From Vicinamibacterales bacterium (GTDB taxonomy: Bacteria > Acidobacteriota > Vicinamibacteria > Vicinamibacterales > UBA8438): 64,000 bases of DNA. A model generated the notes under the pieces. It did no database searches. It saw only the letters and a program-made list of their open reading frames with translations, and was not told the origin of the DNA. The stretch covers positions 553,707 through 617,706 of the forward strand of contig OZ241896.1 of the NCBI GenBank assembly GCA_965203565.1. Direction: 5' to 3'. A program made the translations under genes and the position numbers. Every line of letters starts with the position of its first letter. Within the stretch, counting starts at the first letter, position 1. Below, in pieces: positions 1 through 14,319 of this stretch.

Positions 1-20
1 TCGAGAAACGGGAGGCGCAT

Positions 21-135
21 GAACGATATTATGCTATAAAAACATTATGCTTTATAGACATTATGCTTTATAAGCATTATATTCTTGGAAAAGCATTTAT
101 CTTCTTGAAAAATATTTATTCCTGGGACAACGCTT
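21..135. promoter_or_regulatory. AT-rich intergenic island with 16-bp-phased direct repeats and ATGCTT/AAGCAT half-sites
   Basis: This stretch is sharply AT-rich against GC-rich surroundings. ATTATGCT(A/T)TA starts at 28, 44 and 60, an exact 16-bp spacing. The palindrome ATGCTT-TAT-AAGCAT lies at 63-77, and another AAGCAT at 91-96. The region lies downstream of apaG and upstream of a possible leftward gene that runs off the window. Confidence 0.4.
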
Positions 136-525
136 TTAATGGATCGTGTACGGCTCGCTCAGCGTGAAGGCGGCTATCTCGACGTCGAACCGCCGGCCCG
201 ACGCGTTCACCATCTGGTACGTCCCCGCCATCGTGCCGAACGGCGTCGGGAGCGGGCAGCTCGACGTGTACTCGAACGATTCGCCGGGGGCGAGCGTCGG
301 CTGCCGGCCGACCACGCCGAGGCCGCGGACCTCCTCGACGCGGTTGTCGGCGTCGGTGATGGTCCAGTGGCGGCTGACGAGCTGGACGGTGTCCGTTCCC
401 TCGTTCGAGATCTCGATGGTGTACAGGAAGAGCCAGAGGTTGCGCGACGGCTGGGACCGTCCGGGCGAGTACCGCGCGGTGACGTGGACCCGCACGCCGT
501 CGGTCACCGCCTCCGACGTGTGCAC
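136..525 (-). CDS. apaG: ApaG (DUF525) protein
   Basis: This is the C-terminal 129 codons of track ORF 136..1209(-), with an in-frame GTG at 525. The sequence VRVHVTARYSP...LWLFLYTIEISNEG...SRHWTITDADNRVEEVRG...GESFEYTS is typical of ApaG in both length and motifs. Confidence 0.85.
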   Translation of the reverse strand: MHTSEAVTDGVRVHVTARYSPGRSQPSRNLWLFLYTIEISNEGTDTVQLVSRHWTITDADNRVEEVRGLGVVGRQPTLAPGESFEYTSSCPLPTPFGTMAGTYQMVNASGRRFDVEIAAFTLSEPYTIH

Positions 526-570
526 GCCCGGTTGCCGCTGCTGAGGCACGCGAGATAATACGATGCTGGA

Positions 571-1239
571 ATGATCTCCATCAACACGCTGCTGGACGCC
601 TACCGCCGGGGGCTGTTCCCGATGACGGTGGAGGGCCGCATCGCCTGGTTCTCGCCCGAGCGCCGCGGAATCCTGCCGCTCGACCGGTTTCACGCGCCGC
701 GGCGGCTGCGCCGCGTCCTGCGCCAGGGACGGTTCCGCGGCACGACCGACCGGGCTTTCGCCAGAGTGATCGCGGCCTGCGCCGACCGGCCGGACGAAGC
801 GGGCCGCTGGCTCGACGCCGAGCTGATCGCGAGCTACGTCGCCCTGCACGCGGCGGGGCGCGCGCACTCGATAGAAGTCTGGCGGGGAGAGGATCTGGCC
901 GGGGGGTTGTACGGCGTGAGCCTGGGCGGGGCGTTCTTCGGCGAATCGATGTTCCACTCGGTGACCGACGCGTCGAAGGTCGCGCTCTGCCTGCTGGTCG
1001 AACGGTTGCGGCGGCGGCGGTTCCAGTTGCTCGACGTCCAGTGGGTGACCCCGCACCTCGCCCGCTTCGGGGCGATTGCAGTATCCCGGCGCCGGTACCT
1101 GGCGCTGCTCGCGGCGGCGCTGGCGGCGGACTGCCGCTTCGCCGACGATCCGCCACGGGCTGTTACGGCGCCGGCCGGTCGAACGCCGGCCGATCCGTCC
1201 GCTGCGCAAGGTCCCAGCTCAGGTCGTAGACCAGCCTGA
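571..1239 (+). CDS. aat: Leucyl/phenylalanyl-tRNA--protein transferase
   Basis: The 222-aa ORF carries LLDAYRRGLFPM, WFSPERRGILPLDRFH, GGLYGVSLGGAFFGESMF and KVAL..LVERL, the conserved L/F-transferase blocks. Confidence 0.9.
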   Translation: MISINTLLDAYRRGLFPMTVEGRIAWFSPERRGILPLDRFHAPRRLRRVLRQGRFRGTTDRAFARVIAACADRPDEAGRWLDAELIASYVALHAAGRAHSIEVWRGEDLAGGLYGVSLGGAFFGESMFHSVTDASKVALCLLVERLRRRRFQLLDVQWVTPHLARFGAIAVSRRRYLALLAAALAADCRFADDPPRAVTAPAGRTPADPSAAQGPSSGRRPA

Positions 1240-2824
1240 CCACGCGCGTCATCTTCTCGTAGTCGAGCGTCTCCGGGCGGTCGCGCGCCGTGTGGTAGTC
1301 GGGGTGCAGGCCGGTGTGCACGAAGATCGCCGGCACCCGGTGGAAGAGGAACGGCCACTGGTCGCTGCGGCGCAGCAGGTTCGAGCGGTTGTTGTCGTAC
1401 CGGAACCGCAGGTCGAGGTTCGTCAGGCGGTTGGCGGCCTCGGCGGCTTCCCGCAGGCCGGCGCTGAAGCTGGCGCCGATGACGTTGACGGCGTTCCGGT
1501 TCGATTCGGCCGTCTGCGGCGCGAGTCCGGTGTAGCGGCTCCCCCCGCCCTCCGGGACTTCTTCGCTGCGGCCGATCATGTCCAGATTGATCACGGCGAC
1601 CGTGTCGCGCAGCGGCGCGAGCGGCTGCTCCGCGTACGCCCAGGAGCCGAGCAGGCCCCGCTCCTCCGCGTTCCACGCCGCGAGCAGGATCGACCGGGCG
1701 GGGCGCGTCCCGCCGCGGCGGGCCGCGGCGTACGCTTCGGCGATCTCCAGCAGGCCGGCCACGCCGGAGGCGTTGTCGTCCGCGCCGTTGAAGATCCGGC
1801 TCCCGGACGCTCCTTCGTGGTCGAAGTGGGCGCAAATGATCAGCCATTCGCCGCGCCGGCCCGGATCGGACCCTTCGATCAGACCGACGACGTTGTCGAC
1901 CGACACCGCGTCGCGCCGCACCGACGCCGCCACCTCCACCGTGACGCCGGGGATCTCCACCGGCGCGGCGCCGCCGGCCTCTTCGGCGCGCTGCGCCAGC
2001 TCCTCCAGCGTCCCGCCGGTCCGGCCCACCAGACGCTCGGCCATCTCGACCGATATCCGGACGGCCGGAATGCGCAACGGGCGGACCCAGGCCGCAAGCT
2101 GGTAGCGGGGCACGCGCGGCGGCTCGGCCGGCCATGCCCGGGCGGCCAGATCGGGGATCGACCACCGGCTGGCATGGTTGTGCACGTCGTCGACGATCGC
2201 GATCGCCGCCGCGCCGCGGCGCTGCGCCTCGAGCGCCTTGCGGACGGTCCGGCCGCGCTCGGACGCCACGACTCCGGCGAACCGGCTCTCCGGATCGAAT
2301 TCCCCCGGCTCGTGGTCGAGCACGAGGACGATCTTGCCGGCGACGTCCGCGCCGCGGTAGTCGTCGTGATCGAGGTCGGGCGCCGAGATTCCGAAGCCGG
2401 CGAACACCACCGGGCCGGCGGCGCGTCCGCTCCCGCTGAACGGCGCCGGGAAGAAGTCGCGCGTCATCTCGGCCGCCTCGACGTCGCCGCCGTCCAGCGT
2501 CCGCCACGCGTTCCCGTCGCCCAGTGCGGGCACGATCAGCTCGACCGGGCGCCGGAAGCTCCGGCCGGGGGCCGGCCCGCGCAGCCCGGAGCGCTCGAAC
2601 CGGTCCTCGATGTGCTGCGCGGCCAGACGGTTCCCGCGCGTGGCGGCCAGCCGTCCCCGCATGGCGTCCGAAGCGAGCAGCGCCACCTCGCGCTCCAGGT
2701 CGGCCGCCGTGATCGACTCGCGGCCGGGCGGCGGCGGCTGGCCCGCGGCGGGGCGCAGGACGAGCAGTCCGGCGCAGACGATCAGTCCGGCGGCGGCGGC
2801 GCGAACGGTCATCGGCGCGGCCAT
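1163..2824 (-). CDS. M28-family aminopeptidase with PA domain, secreted
   Basis: The 553-aa ORF has an N-terminal signal-like segment. FDHEGASGSRIFNGADDNASGVAGLLEIAE and NLDMIGR are M28 zinc-peptidase signatures. Confidence 0.85.
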   Translation of the reverse strand: MAAPMTVRAAAAGLIVCAGLLVLRPAAGQPPPPGRESITAADLEREVALLASDAMRGRLAATRGNRLAAQHIEDRFERSGLRGPAPGRSFRRPVELIVPALGDGNAWRTLDGGDVEAAEMTRDFFPAPFSGSGRAAGPVVFAGFGISAPDLDHDDYRGADVAGKIVLVLDHEPGEFDPESRFAGVVASERGRTVRKALEAQRRGAAAIAIVDDVHNHASRWSIPDLAARAWPAEPPRVPRYQLAAWVRPLRIPAVRISVEMAERLVGRTGGTLEELAQRAEEAGGAAPVEIPGVTVEVAASVRRDAVSVDNVVGLIEGSDPGRRGEWLIICAHFDHEGASGSRIFNGADDNASGVAGLLEIAEAYAAARRGGTRPARSILLAAWNAEERGLLGSWAYAEQPLAPLRDTVAVINLDMIGRSEEVPEGGGSRYTGLAPQTAESNRNAVNVIGASFSAGLREAAEAANRLTNLDLRFRYDNNRSNLLRRSDQWPFLFHRVPAIFVHTGLHPDYHTARDRPETLDYEKMTRVVRLVYDLSWDLAQRTDRPAFDRPAP

Positions 2825-2930
2825 TATCGCAGAAGCGGCGGCGCCTGCCCGTCACGGCCGGGCGCCGGGGAGGACCGTCGCGGCGTCGATGTGCAAGGTC
2901 GTGGTCTCGACCCGGCGGCGGCGGCGCGCG

Positions 2931-4457
<1,527 letters not shown>

Positions 4458-4495
4458 CGAAGTGGTATCCTACCGCCTTTCGGCCCTCTCCCCCG

Positions 4496-4888
4496 ATGCC
4501 AGAGCCGCCGGCCCGGCCGGGCAGCCTCGAGAGTCAGCGGCGCGCGGCCGTGACGATCGGCGTCGACGCGGCGGTACGCCACGTCTTTCTCTGCTGCGAC
4601 CAGACCCACCCGAAGTGCTGCGGGGCGGAGCGGGGAAAGCGGGCCTGGGACTACCTGAAGCGCCGGCTCGCCGAGCTGGGGCTGTCGGCGCAGGGCGGGG
4701 TGCTGCGCACCAAGGCCAACTGCCTGCGGGTCTGCGAGGGCGGACCGGTCGCCGTCGTCTATCCGGAGGGGGCGTGGTATCGTGAGTGCGATCCGCCCGC
4801 CCTGGAGCGGATCATCCGGGAGCATCTGGTCGGGGGGCGCGTGGTGGCGGACCTGCTGATCACCGAGCGCGCCCTCCGCGGGTCGTGA
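4496..4888 (+). CDS. Thioredoxin-like [2Fe-2S] ferredoxin-domain protein
   Basis: The 130-aa ORF has the Cys pattern VFLCCD...KCCG...[21 protein letters not shown], typical of (2Fe-2S) ferredoxin-domain or sucrase-ferredoxin-like proteins. Confidence 0.7.
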   Translation: MPEPPARPGSLESQRRAAVTIGVDAAVRHVFLCCDQTHPKCCGAERGKRAWDYLKRRLAELGLSAQGGVLRTKANCLRVCEGGPVAVVYPEGAWYRECDPPALERIIREHLVGGRVVADLLITERALRGS

Positions 4889-4893
4889 AGCCG

Positions 4894-5778
4894 ATGGATC
4901 TTCGAGGCGTCTTTCCGCCGATACCGACGCCGTTCCGCGGCGGCGAGCTCGACCTCGACGCCCTGGGCGGCAACTGCGTCCGCTGGATGGCGACCGGCCT
5001 CCACGGGCTGGTCGTCCTCGGATCGAACGGCGAGGCTCCCCTGCTCGACGATACGGAGTCGGACCGGGTCGTCGAGGCCGCCCGCGCCCGCGTGCCGGCC
5101 GGCAAGCTGCTGATCGCCGGCGTCGCCCGCGAGTCGACCGCCGGGACGATCCGCGCCGCGCGCCGCGCGGCCGAGCTGGGCGCCGACGCGGTGCTGGTCC
5201 GCACGCCGTCGTTCTTCCGGCAGTGGGTCTCGGACGACGCCCTGGCCGATCATTACGCGGCGGTGGCGGACGCGTCGCCGGCGCCGGTCATCCTGTACAA
5301 CTTCGCCGCGCTCACCGGGGTCAGCCTGACGGTGGCGGCCGCGGTCCGCCTCGCCGCGCACGCCAACGTCGTCGGGATGAAGGAGTCCGGCTCGGACGTC
5401 GGATTCCTCTCGGAGCTGATCGACGCGACTCCCGAACAGTTCAGCGTGCTGTCGGGGTCGGCGGCCGTCTTCTACGCCAGCCTGCTCTCGGGGGCGGCCG
5501 GCGGCGTGCTCGCCCTGGCGTCGGTGGTCCCGGAGCTCTGCGTCGAGCTGTTCGACCTCGTGCGGGCGCAGCGGCTCGCCGAGGCGCGGACGCTCCAGCG
5601 CCGGCTGACGCCGCTGGCCCGCCTCGTCACCCGCCTGCACGGCGTGCCCGGCCTCAAGGCGGCGCTGTCCGTCGCGGGTTACGCAGGCGGGGAGCCCCGG
5701 GCGCCGCTGCGCCCGGCCCCGCCGGACGCGGTCGCCGAGTTGCGCCGGGCGCTGGAGGCGCTGACGACGCCGGCATGA
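4894..5778 (+). CDS. Dihydrodipicolinate synthase/N-acetylneuraminate lyase family protein
   Basis: The ATG at 4894 lies inside track ORF 4786..5778, with an alternative GTG at 4885. The sequence is MDLRGVFPPIPTPF...LVVLGSNGEAPLL...AGV...AADAVLVRTPSFF. The precise substrate is not assignable. Confidence 0.8.
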   Translation: MDLRGVFPPIPTPFRGGELDLDALGGNCVRWMATGLHGLVVLGSNGEAPLLDDTESDRVVEAARARVPAGKLLIAGVARESTAGTIRAARRAAELGADAVLVRTPSFFRQWVSDDALADHYAAVADASPAPVILYNFAALTGVSLTVAAAVRLAAHANVVGMKESGSDVGFLSELIDATPEQFSVLSGSAAVFYASLLSGAAGGVLALASVVPELCVELFDLVRAQRLAEARTLQRRLTPLARLVTRLHGVPGLKAALSVAGYAGGEPRAPLRPAPPDAVAELRRALEALTTPA

Positions 5779-7295
5779 CTTGCGATGCATCCGCCCGCCG
5801 GCGCGTGCGCCCGGCCGGCTGGCGGCGTCCGACGGCGGCCTGCGCGCTCGTGCTGGCCGGCGCCTGCGCCACGAACCCGGTCACCGGCAAGCGGGAGCTC
5901 GCCCTGATGACCGAGGCCCAGGAGATCGCGATGGGCCGCGACGCCGACGCGCAGATCCGGGAGCAGATGGGGGTGTACGACTCCCCGGCGCTGCAGGCGT
6001 ACGTCGAGGACCTCGGCCATCGGCTCGCGGCGGTCTCGCACCGGCCGAACCTGCCGTGGCGTTTCGCGATCGTCGACTCTCCCGCCGTCAACGCGTTCGC
6101 GCTCCCCGGCGGGTACGTCTACCTGACGCGCGGGATCATGGCGTATCTGGGCGACGAGGCGGAACTGGCGGGCGTGCTCGGGCACGAGATCGGCCACGTC
6201 ACCGCGCGCCACTCCGTCCAGCAGTATTCGCGGGCCGCCGGCGCGCAGTGGGGCTTGGCGCTCGGGCAGATCTTCGCGCCCCGGATGCGGAGCAACCCGT
6301 ACGGGTCGCCCGGGCTGGCGGACGCCGCCGCGTCCGGTCTCGGCGTCCTGCTGCTCAAGTTCGGGCGGGACGACGAGAAGCAGGCCGACCGGCTCGGCGC
6401 CGAGTATGCGGCCGGCGGCGGCTGGCATCCGGGCGGCGTGGCCAGGATGCTGGCGACGCTGGGCCGGGTCGGCGAGGCCAGCGACCGCCGGGGCGTGCCG
6501 AACTGGCTGGCGACCCATCCGGAGCCGCAGGCGCGCGTGGCGGAGGTGGCGCCGGAGGTCGATGCGCTGCTGCAAGCGATCGATCCGGGCGGCCTGCGCG
6601 TCGACCGCGACGGCTACCTCGACCGGATCGTGGGGCTCCGGTTCGGGGACGACCCGGAAGAGGGGGTCGCGCGCGCCGGCGAGTTCCTCCATCCCGAGCT
6701 CCGGTTCGGCCTCCGGTTTCCCGAAGGCTGGGAGATCCGGAACGGCCCGTCGGCGGTCGGCGCGCGCCAGCCCGGAGGGCGCGCCGCCGTGGTGCTGCGG
6801 CTGGTGGAGGACGCCCGCGGCGAGGACCTGCCCGCGATCGTCCGGCGCGAGATCGGACGCGGCGGATCGGCCGTGTCGGGCGATCTCGCGGCCGTCAACG
6901 GGCTGGACGCGTTCCTCGGGTCGTACCAGCGCGACGTCGACGACGTCGGGCGGGTCATGGTCCGCGTGGCGTGCATCCGCCACGAGGCGCGCGCCTACCT
7001 GGTCGAGGGGAGCGCGCCGGTCGACGACTTCCCCCGCGTCGAGCGCGACCTCGACCGGGCCGTTCGGTCGTTCCGGCCGCTGACCGCCGCGGAGGCAAGC
7101 CGGATCGTCCCGAACGAGATCGCCCTCCACGTCGCCCGCGCCGGCGACACGTGGGAGCGGATCGCCCGGCGCGAGGGTCGGAGCACGGTGGAGGCGGCGG
7201 CGCTGGCGGTCATGAACGGGTACTCCGCCGACGAGCCGCCGCGGGCCGGCGACCGGCTCAAGATCGTCGTGCCGGGACGGACCGACGGACTGTAA
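5775..7295 (+). CDS. M48-family zinc metalloprotease lipoprotein with C-terminal LysM domain
   Basis: The ATG at 5775 overlaps the upstream stop as ATGA. A lipobox-like LAGAC, the HEIGH zinc motif (GVLGHEIGHVTARH) and VNAFALPGGYVYLTRG are present. The C-terminus, HVARAGDTWERIARREG...GDRLKIVVP, is LysM-like. Confidence 0.85.
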   Translation: MTCDASARRRVRPAGWRRPTAACALVLAGACATNPVTGKRELALMTEAQEIAMGRDADAQIREQMGVYDSPALQAYVEDLGHRLAAVSHRPNLPWRFAIVDSPAVNAFALPGGYVYLTRGIMAYLGDEAELAGVLGHEIGHVTARHSVQQYSRAAGAQWGLALGQIFAPRMRSNPYGSPGLADAAASGLGVLLLKFGRDDEKQADRLGAEYAAGGGWHPGGVARMLATLGRVGEASDRRGVPNWLATHPEPQARVAEVAPEVDALLQAIDPGGLRVDRDGYLDRIVGLRFGDDPEEGVARAGEFLHPELRFGLRFPEGWEIRNGPSAVGARQPGGRAAVVLRLVEDARGEDLPAIVRREIGRGGSAVSGDLAAVNGLDAFLGSYQRDVDDVGRVMVRVACIRHEARAYLVEGSAPVDDFPRVERDLDRAVRSFRPLTAAEASRIVPNEIALHVARAGDTWERIARREGRSTVEAAALAVMNGYSADEPPRAGDRLKIVVPGRTDGL

Positions 7296-7332
7296 CTCGC
7301 TGTCGAACAGTGTGTTACGTTGATGCGTCCGC

Positions 7333-7361
7333 TTGACACCAGCAGGCCGCCGGGCGAAAAT
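7333..7361 (+). promoter_or_regulatory. Candidate sigma70-type promoter TTGACA-N17-GAAAAT
   Basis: A perfect -35 hexamer at 7333-7338 is followed by a 17-nt spacer and GAAAAT at 7356-7361. This would give a very short leader for the ATG at 7375. Confidence 0.3.
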
Positions 7362-7374
7362 GGCCGCTATCGCC

Positions 7375-7908
7375 ATGGAACAGGCTCTACTGCTGAACGC
7401 CACTTACGAGCCGCTGAGGATCGTCGACTGGCGCAAGGCGATCACGCTCTGGCGTCTGGGAAAGGTCGAGGTGATCGCGGTCCACGACCGCGAAGTGCGC
7501 TCGGTGTCGGTCAGCTTCAAGCTCCCGTCGGTGATCCGGCTGCTCCGCTGCATCACCATCCGGCGGCGCTTCGACTACGTGCCGTTCTCGCGGGCGAACA
7601 TCTACGCCCGCGACGGCCACCGCTGCCAGTACTGCGGCAAGGGCTTCCCCGTGTCGGAGCTGACGTTCGACCACGTGACGCCGGTGTCGCAAGGGGGGCG
7701 GAAGGATTGGGAGAACATCGTCACGTCGTGCGTGGCGTGCAACCGCCGGAAAGGCGGCCGCACGCCGGCCGAGGCGGGCATGCGGGTGATTCGCCCGCCG
7801 CGCCGTCCGACCCGCGCGCCGGTCGTGCGCCTGACGTTCGGCCTGCGCAACGCGCCGGAAAGCTGGCGCGACTACCTGTACTGGAACGTCGAGCTCGACG
7901 AGACGTAG
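7375..7908 (+). CDS. HNH endonuclease (small stand-alone family)
   Basis: The sequence MEQALLLNATYEPLRIVDWRKAI...RDGHRCQYCG...LTFDHVTPVSQGG...NIVTSCVACNRRKG carries the HNH/zinc-ribbon motifs. An alternative start at 7360 lies in the same frame. Confidence 0.85.
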   Translation: MEQALLLNATYEPLRIVDWRKAITLWRLGKVEVIAVHDREVRSVSVSFKLPSVIRLLRCITIRRRFDYVPFSRANIYARDGHRCQYCGKGFPVSELTFDHVTPVSQGGRKDWENIVTSCVACNRRKGGRTPAEAGMRVIRPPRRPTRAPVVRLTFGLRNAPESWRDYLYWNVELDET

Positions 7909-7951
7909 CCGCGGCCTGCGCGGCGTTCGTCGATCGGGTCCGCCTCGCGGC

Positions 7952-9001
7952 ATGAGCGGGCAGCCGCCGCGCCGCGGGCGCCCGCGCATCACCGCCGTCC
8001 GGCCGCCGCGGGCGGTCGAAGGCGGGCGGGTGACCATCGAGGGGGCCGACCTGCGGCCGGACGGCGCGTCGCTTCCGGACGTGCGTCTGGGGGCGCAGTC
8101 CGCCCGCGTCGCCTGCGCGTCGAAGCGGGCCGTGGCGGTCGTCGTGCCGCCCGGGGTCGAGGGCGGACGCACGCCCGTCCGGGTCGGCGCTGCGCGGCGG
8201 GAGACCGCATTCATCGACGTCGGCGTTCGTCTCGCGACCGGCCTGCACCAGGTCGACAACCCGGCGGTGGACGGCGACGGCGCGATCTACTGCACCTGCA
8301 GCGGCCCCCGCGGCGAGCAGACGCCGGTGTCGGTCTTCCGCGTGAGGCGGGACGGGTTCCGCGAGCCGTTCGTGTCGGGCATCACCAACGCCACGTCGAT
8401 GGCGTTCGCCCCCGACGGCCGGCTCCACGTGTCGAGCCGGTACGACGGGGCGGTGTACCGCGTCGCCGCGGACGGCTCGTTCGAGGCGGCGGTGTCCGAG
8501 CTCGGCGTGGCGTGCGGGCTGGCGTTCAGTCCCGACGGCGCGCTCTACGTCGGCGACCGATCGGGCACGGTGTTCCGCATCGGGAGCGGGGACCGCACGA
8601 CGCCGTTCGCGACGTTGCCGGCCAGCGTCGCCGCATTCCACCTGGCGTGGGGACCGGACGACGCGCTCTACGTGACCGGTCCCACCCTGGCGACCCGCGA
8701 CCGGGTCTACCGGCTCGACCGCGCCGGGCGGGTCGAAGAGTTCTGCGCCTGCTTCGGGCGGCCGCAGGGGCTCGCGTTCGACGGGAGCGGCGCCCTCCAC
8801 GTGGTCGAGGCGCTCGCCGGCGCAAGCGGCGTCTACCGCGTGGAGCAGGACGGATCGGCGACCTGCGTGGTCGCCGCCCGCGCGCTGGTGGGACTCGCGT
8901 TCGATCCGATCGACGGCAGCCTGATCGTCGCTTCGAACGACACCGCCTACCGAACGGGCGCGGCCTCCGCCCGCCCGGTCAGCCGATCGGCAGCGCCTTG
9001 A
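7952..9001 (+). CDS. IPT/TIG domain plus NHL/SMP-30-like beta-propeller protein
   Basis: The 349-aa ORF has N-terminal [23 protein letters not shown], which is IPT-like. Repeats such as [22 protein letters not shown] and [14 protein letters not shown] are propeller blades. Confidence 0.65.
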   Translation: MSGQPPRRGRPRITAVRPPRAVEGGRVTIEGADLRPDGASLPDVRLGAQSARVACASKRAVAVVVPPGVEGGRTPVRVGAARRETAFIDVGVRLATGLHQVDNPAVDGDGAIYCTCSGPRGEQTPVSVFRVRRDGFREPFVSGITNATSMAFAPDGRLHVSSRYDGAVYRVAADGSFEAAVSELGVACGLAFSPDGALYVGDRSGTVFRIGSGDRTTPFATLPASVAAFHLAWGPDDALYVTGPTLATRDRVYRLDRAGRVEEFCACFGRPQGLAFDGSGALHVVEALAGASGVYRVEQDGSATCVVAARALVGLAFDPIDGSLIVASNDTAYRTGAASARPVSRSAAP

Positions 9002-9031
9002 CAGCCCGAAGCCGCGCATCCTTCGGGCGGT

Positions 9032-11206
9032 TCAGCCGCGCCGGCCGTATTTCGCCTTCGCTTCCCGCCGGCGCGCGTGGAGGATCGGCTCGGTGTAGCC
9101 GTTCGGCTGCGCGCGTCCCTTGAAGACCAGATCGCAGGCGGCCTGGAAGGCGACGCTCTCGTCGAAGCGGGGCGCCATCGGCCGGTAGCCGGGGTCGCCG
9201 GCGTTCTGGCCGTCGACCACCGCGGCCATCCGCTCCAGCGTCTCGCGCACCTGCGCCTCGGTGCAGACGCCGTGGCGCAGCCAGTTGGCGATGTGCTGGC
9301 TCGAGATGCGCAGCGTCGCCCGGTCCTCCATCAGGCCCACGTCGTCGATGTCCGGCACCTTGGAGCAGCCGATTCCCTGATCGATCCACCGCACGACGTA
9401 GCCCAGGATCCCCTGGGCGTTGTTGTCGAGCTCCTGCCGGATCGCCTCCGGCGGCCAGTCCGGCCGCTCGGCGCGGGGGATCGCCAGGATCCGGTCGAGG
9501 TCGGCCGGCGGACGCGACCGCAGCTCCGCCTGCCGCGCCGCGACGTCGATCTGGTGGTAGTGCATGGCGTGCAGCGTGGCGGCGGTGGGCGACGGCACCC
9601 AGGCGGTGGTGGCGCCCGCCTCGGGGTGCGCGATCTTGGCCTGCAGCATGTCGGCCATCCGGTCGGGCATCGCCCACATCCCCTTGCCGATCTGCGCGCG
9701 TCCCGGCAGTCCGCACGCCAGACCGACGTCGACGTTCCAGTCCTCGTAGGCCGTCATCCAGGCCGCGGTCTTCATCTCCTTCTTGCGGATCATCGGCCCG
9801 GCCTCCATCGCGGTGCGGATCTCGTCGCCGGTGCGGTCGAGGAAGCCGGTGTTGATGAAGAAGACGCGGTCCGCGGCGGCGCGGATGCACTCCTTCAGGT
9901 TGACCGTGGTCCGCCGCTCCTCGTCCATGACGCCGATCTTGAGGGTGTGGCGGCCGAGGCCGAGCGCGTCCTCGACCTCGCCGAACAGCCGGTCCGTGAA
10001 GGCGGCCTCCTCCGGTCCGTGCATCTTCGGCTTCACGACGTAGATCGACCCGGCGCGGCTGTTCCGGCGGCTTTCGAGATCGCGCAGGGCGATCGCCGAC
10101 GTGACCATCGCGTCGAGGAACCCTTCCGGCGCCTCCCGGCCTTCCCGGTCGAGCACCGCCGGGTTCGTCATCAGATGTCCGACGTTGCGGATCAGCATCA
10201 GGCTGACGCCGGGCAGCACGAGGCGCGAACCGTCCGGCGCCACGTACTCGCGGGGCGGGTTCATCGCCCGGTCGACCATGCGGCCGTCCTTCTCGAACCG
10301 GGCGGTCAGATCGCCGGCGATCAGGCCGAGCCAGTTCCGGTAGGCGGCCGTCTTGTCTTCGGCGTCGACCGCGGCCACCGAATCCTCCAGATCGACGATC
10401 GTCGTCGTCGCCGCCTCCAGCACGACGTCCCGGACGCCGGCGGCGTCGTCCCGGCCGACGGGGTGGCCGCGGTCGATCGCGATCTCGACGTGGAGGCCGT
10501 GGTTCCGGAGCAGGACGGCCGACGGCGCGGCGGGGTCGCCGCGGTAGCCGGCGAGCTTCGACGGGTCGGCCAAGCCGGTCGATCGGCCGCCGGGCAGCGC
10601 GACGGTCAGGGCGCCGTCCGTCACCGCATAGGCCGCCGCGTCGGCGTGGCCGCCGCCGGCGAGCGGGGCCGCGGCGTCGAGGAAGGCGCGGGCGCGAGCG
10701 ATGACGCGGGCGCCGCGCACCGGGTTGTAGGCGGCGGTCCGCTCCGCGCCGCCGGTCTCCGGGATCACGTCGGCGCCGTACAGCGCATCGTACAGGCTGC
10801 CCCAGCGGGCGTTGGCGGCGTTCAGCGCGTAGCGCGCGTTGGTGACCGGCACGACGAGCTGCGGGCCGGCGACGGTCGAGATCTCCGGGTCGAGGTTCGC
10901 CGTGCGCACCGTGAAGCCGCCGCCTTCCGGCGCGAGGTAGCCGATCTCCCGCAGGAAGGCCCTCTGCTCGGCCGGATCGACGGGCCGCTCCCGGCGCTCC
11001 CGGCACCAGGCGTCCATCCGCCGCTGGAGCTCGTCGCGCTTCGCCAGCAGCTCGCGGTTCCGCGGACCGAGGCGGTGGACGATCCGGTCCAGCCCCGACC
11101 AGAACGCCGCCGGCGACACCCCGGTTCCCGGCAGCGCCTCGTCGTTGACGAAGTCGTGCAGCACCTTCTCGACCCGGAGCCCGCCGGCCGCTATCCGATC
11201 CGTCAT
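9032..11206 (-). CDS. glcB: Malate synthase G
   Basis: The 724-aa ORF runs [30 protein letters not shown]...[13 protein letters not shown]...GVMDEERRT...[12 protein letters not shown]. Both length and motifs are typical of GlcB. Confidence 0.95.
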   Translation of the reverse strand: MTDRIAAGGLRVEKVLHDFVNDEALPGTGVSPAAFWSGLDRIVHRLGPRNRELLAKRDELQRRMDAWCRERRERPVDPAEQRAFLREIGYLAPEGGGFTVRTANLDPEISTVAGPQLVVPVTNARYALNAANARWGSLYDALYGADVIPETGGAERTAAYNPVRGARVIARARAFLDAAAPLAGGGHADAAAYAVTDGALTVALPGGRSTGLADPSKLAGYRGDPAAPSAVLLRNHGLHVEIAIDRGHPVGRDDAAGVRDVVLEAATTTIVDLEDSVAAVDAEDKTAAYRNWLGLIAGDLTARFEKDGRMVDRAMNPPREYVAPDGSRLVLPGVSLMLIRNVGHLMTNPAVLDREGREAPEGFLDAMVTSAIALRDLESRRNSRAGSIYVVKPKMHGPEEAAFTDRLFGEVEDALGLGRHTLKIGVMDEERRTTVNLKECIRAAADRVFFINTGFLDRTGDEIRTAMEAGPMIRKKEMKTAAWMTAYEDWNVDVGLACGLPGRAQIGKGMWAMPDRMADMLQAKIAHPEAGATTAWVPSPTAATLHAMHYHQIDVAARQAELRSRPPADLDRILAIPRAERPDWPPEAIRQELDNNAQGILGYVVRWIDQGIGCSKVPDIDDVGLMEDRATLRISSQHIANWLRHGVCTEAQVRETLERMAAVVDGQNAGDPGYRPMAPRFDESVAFQAACDLVFKGRAQPNGYTEPILHARRREAKAKYGRRG

Positions 11207-11289
11207 GCGCTCCCCCTGCCCGCCGCGACGATTCTACTGCGCCGGCGTGATAGCATGAGCGATTCGGCCCGCAGTGGCGGTTCCACACC

Positions 11290-14178
<2,889 letters not shown>

Positions 14179-14319
14179 ATGCCGCACTTGCCGCGAGAGG
14201 CCGTTGCCGGAAACCAGACGCGTTCGTTTCTTCATGCCTGACGGTCTCCCCCGGAGGCGCTGCAAAACGATGCTCGGAAGGCGGAAGTTCGGCGCCCCTC
14301 TGCATCTGGACAATGCGTC

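Noticed and set aside
1-135. The AT-rich repeat island considered as a replication origin.
   Set aside because: It has no cluster of DnaA boxes (TTATCCACA-like), no dnaA, dnaN or gidA neighbours, and the region is only about 115 bp long. A regulatory array is the more economical reading.
7375-7908. The HNH endonuclease considered as an IscB/Cas9-like or homing-endonuclease mobile element, possibly linked to the repeated structured element.
   Set aside because: It is only about 177 aa long, with no RuvC or bridge-helix segments. It has no adjacent structured-RNA copy, the nearest element being 14 kb away. Its N-terminus matches the widespread small stand-alone HNH family.
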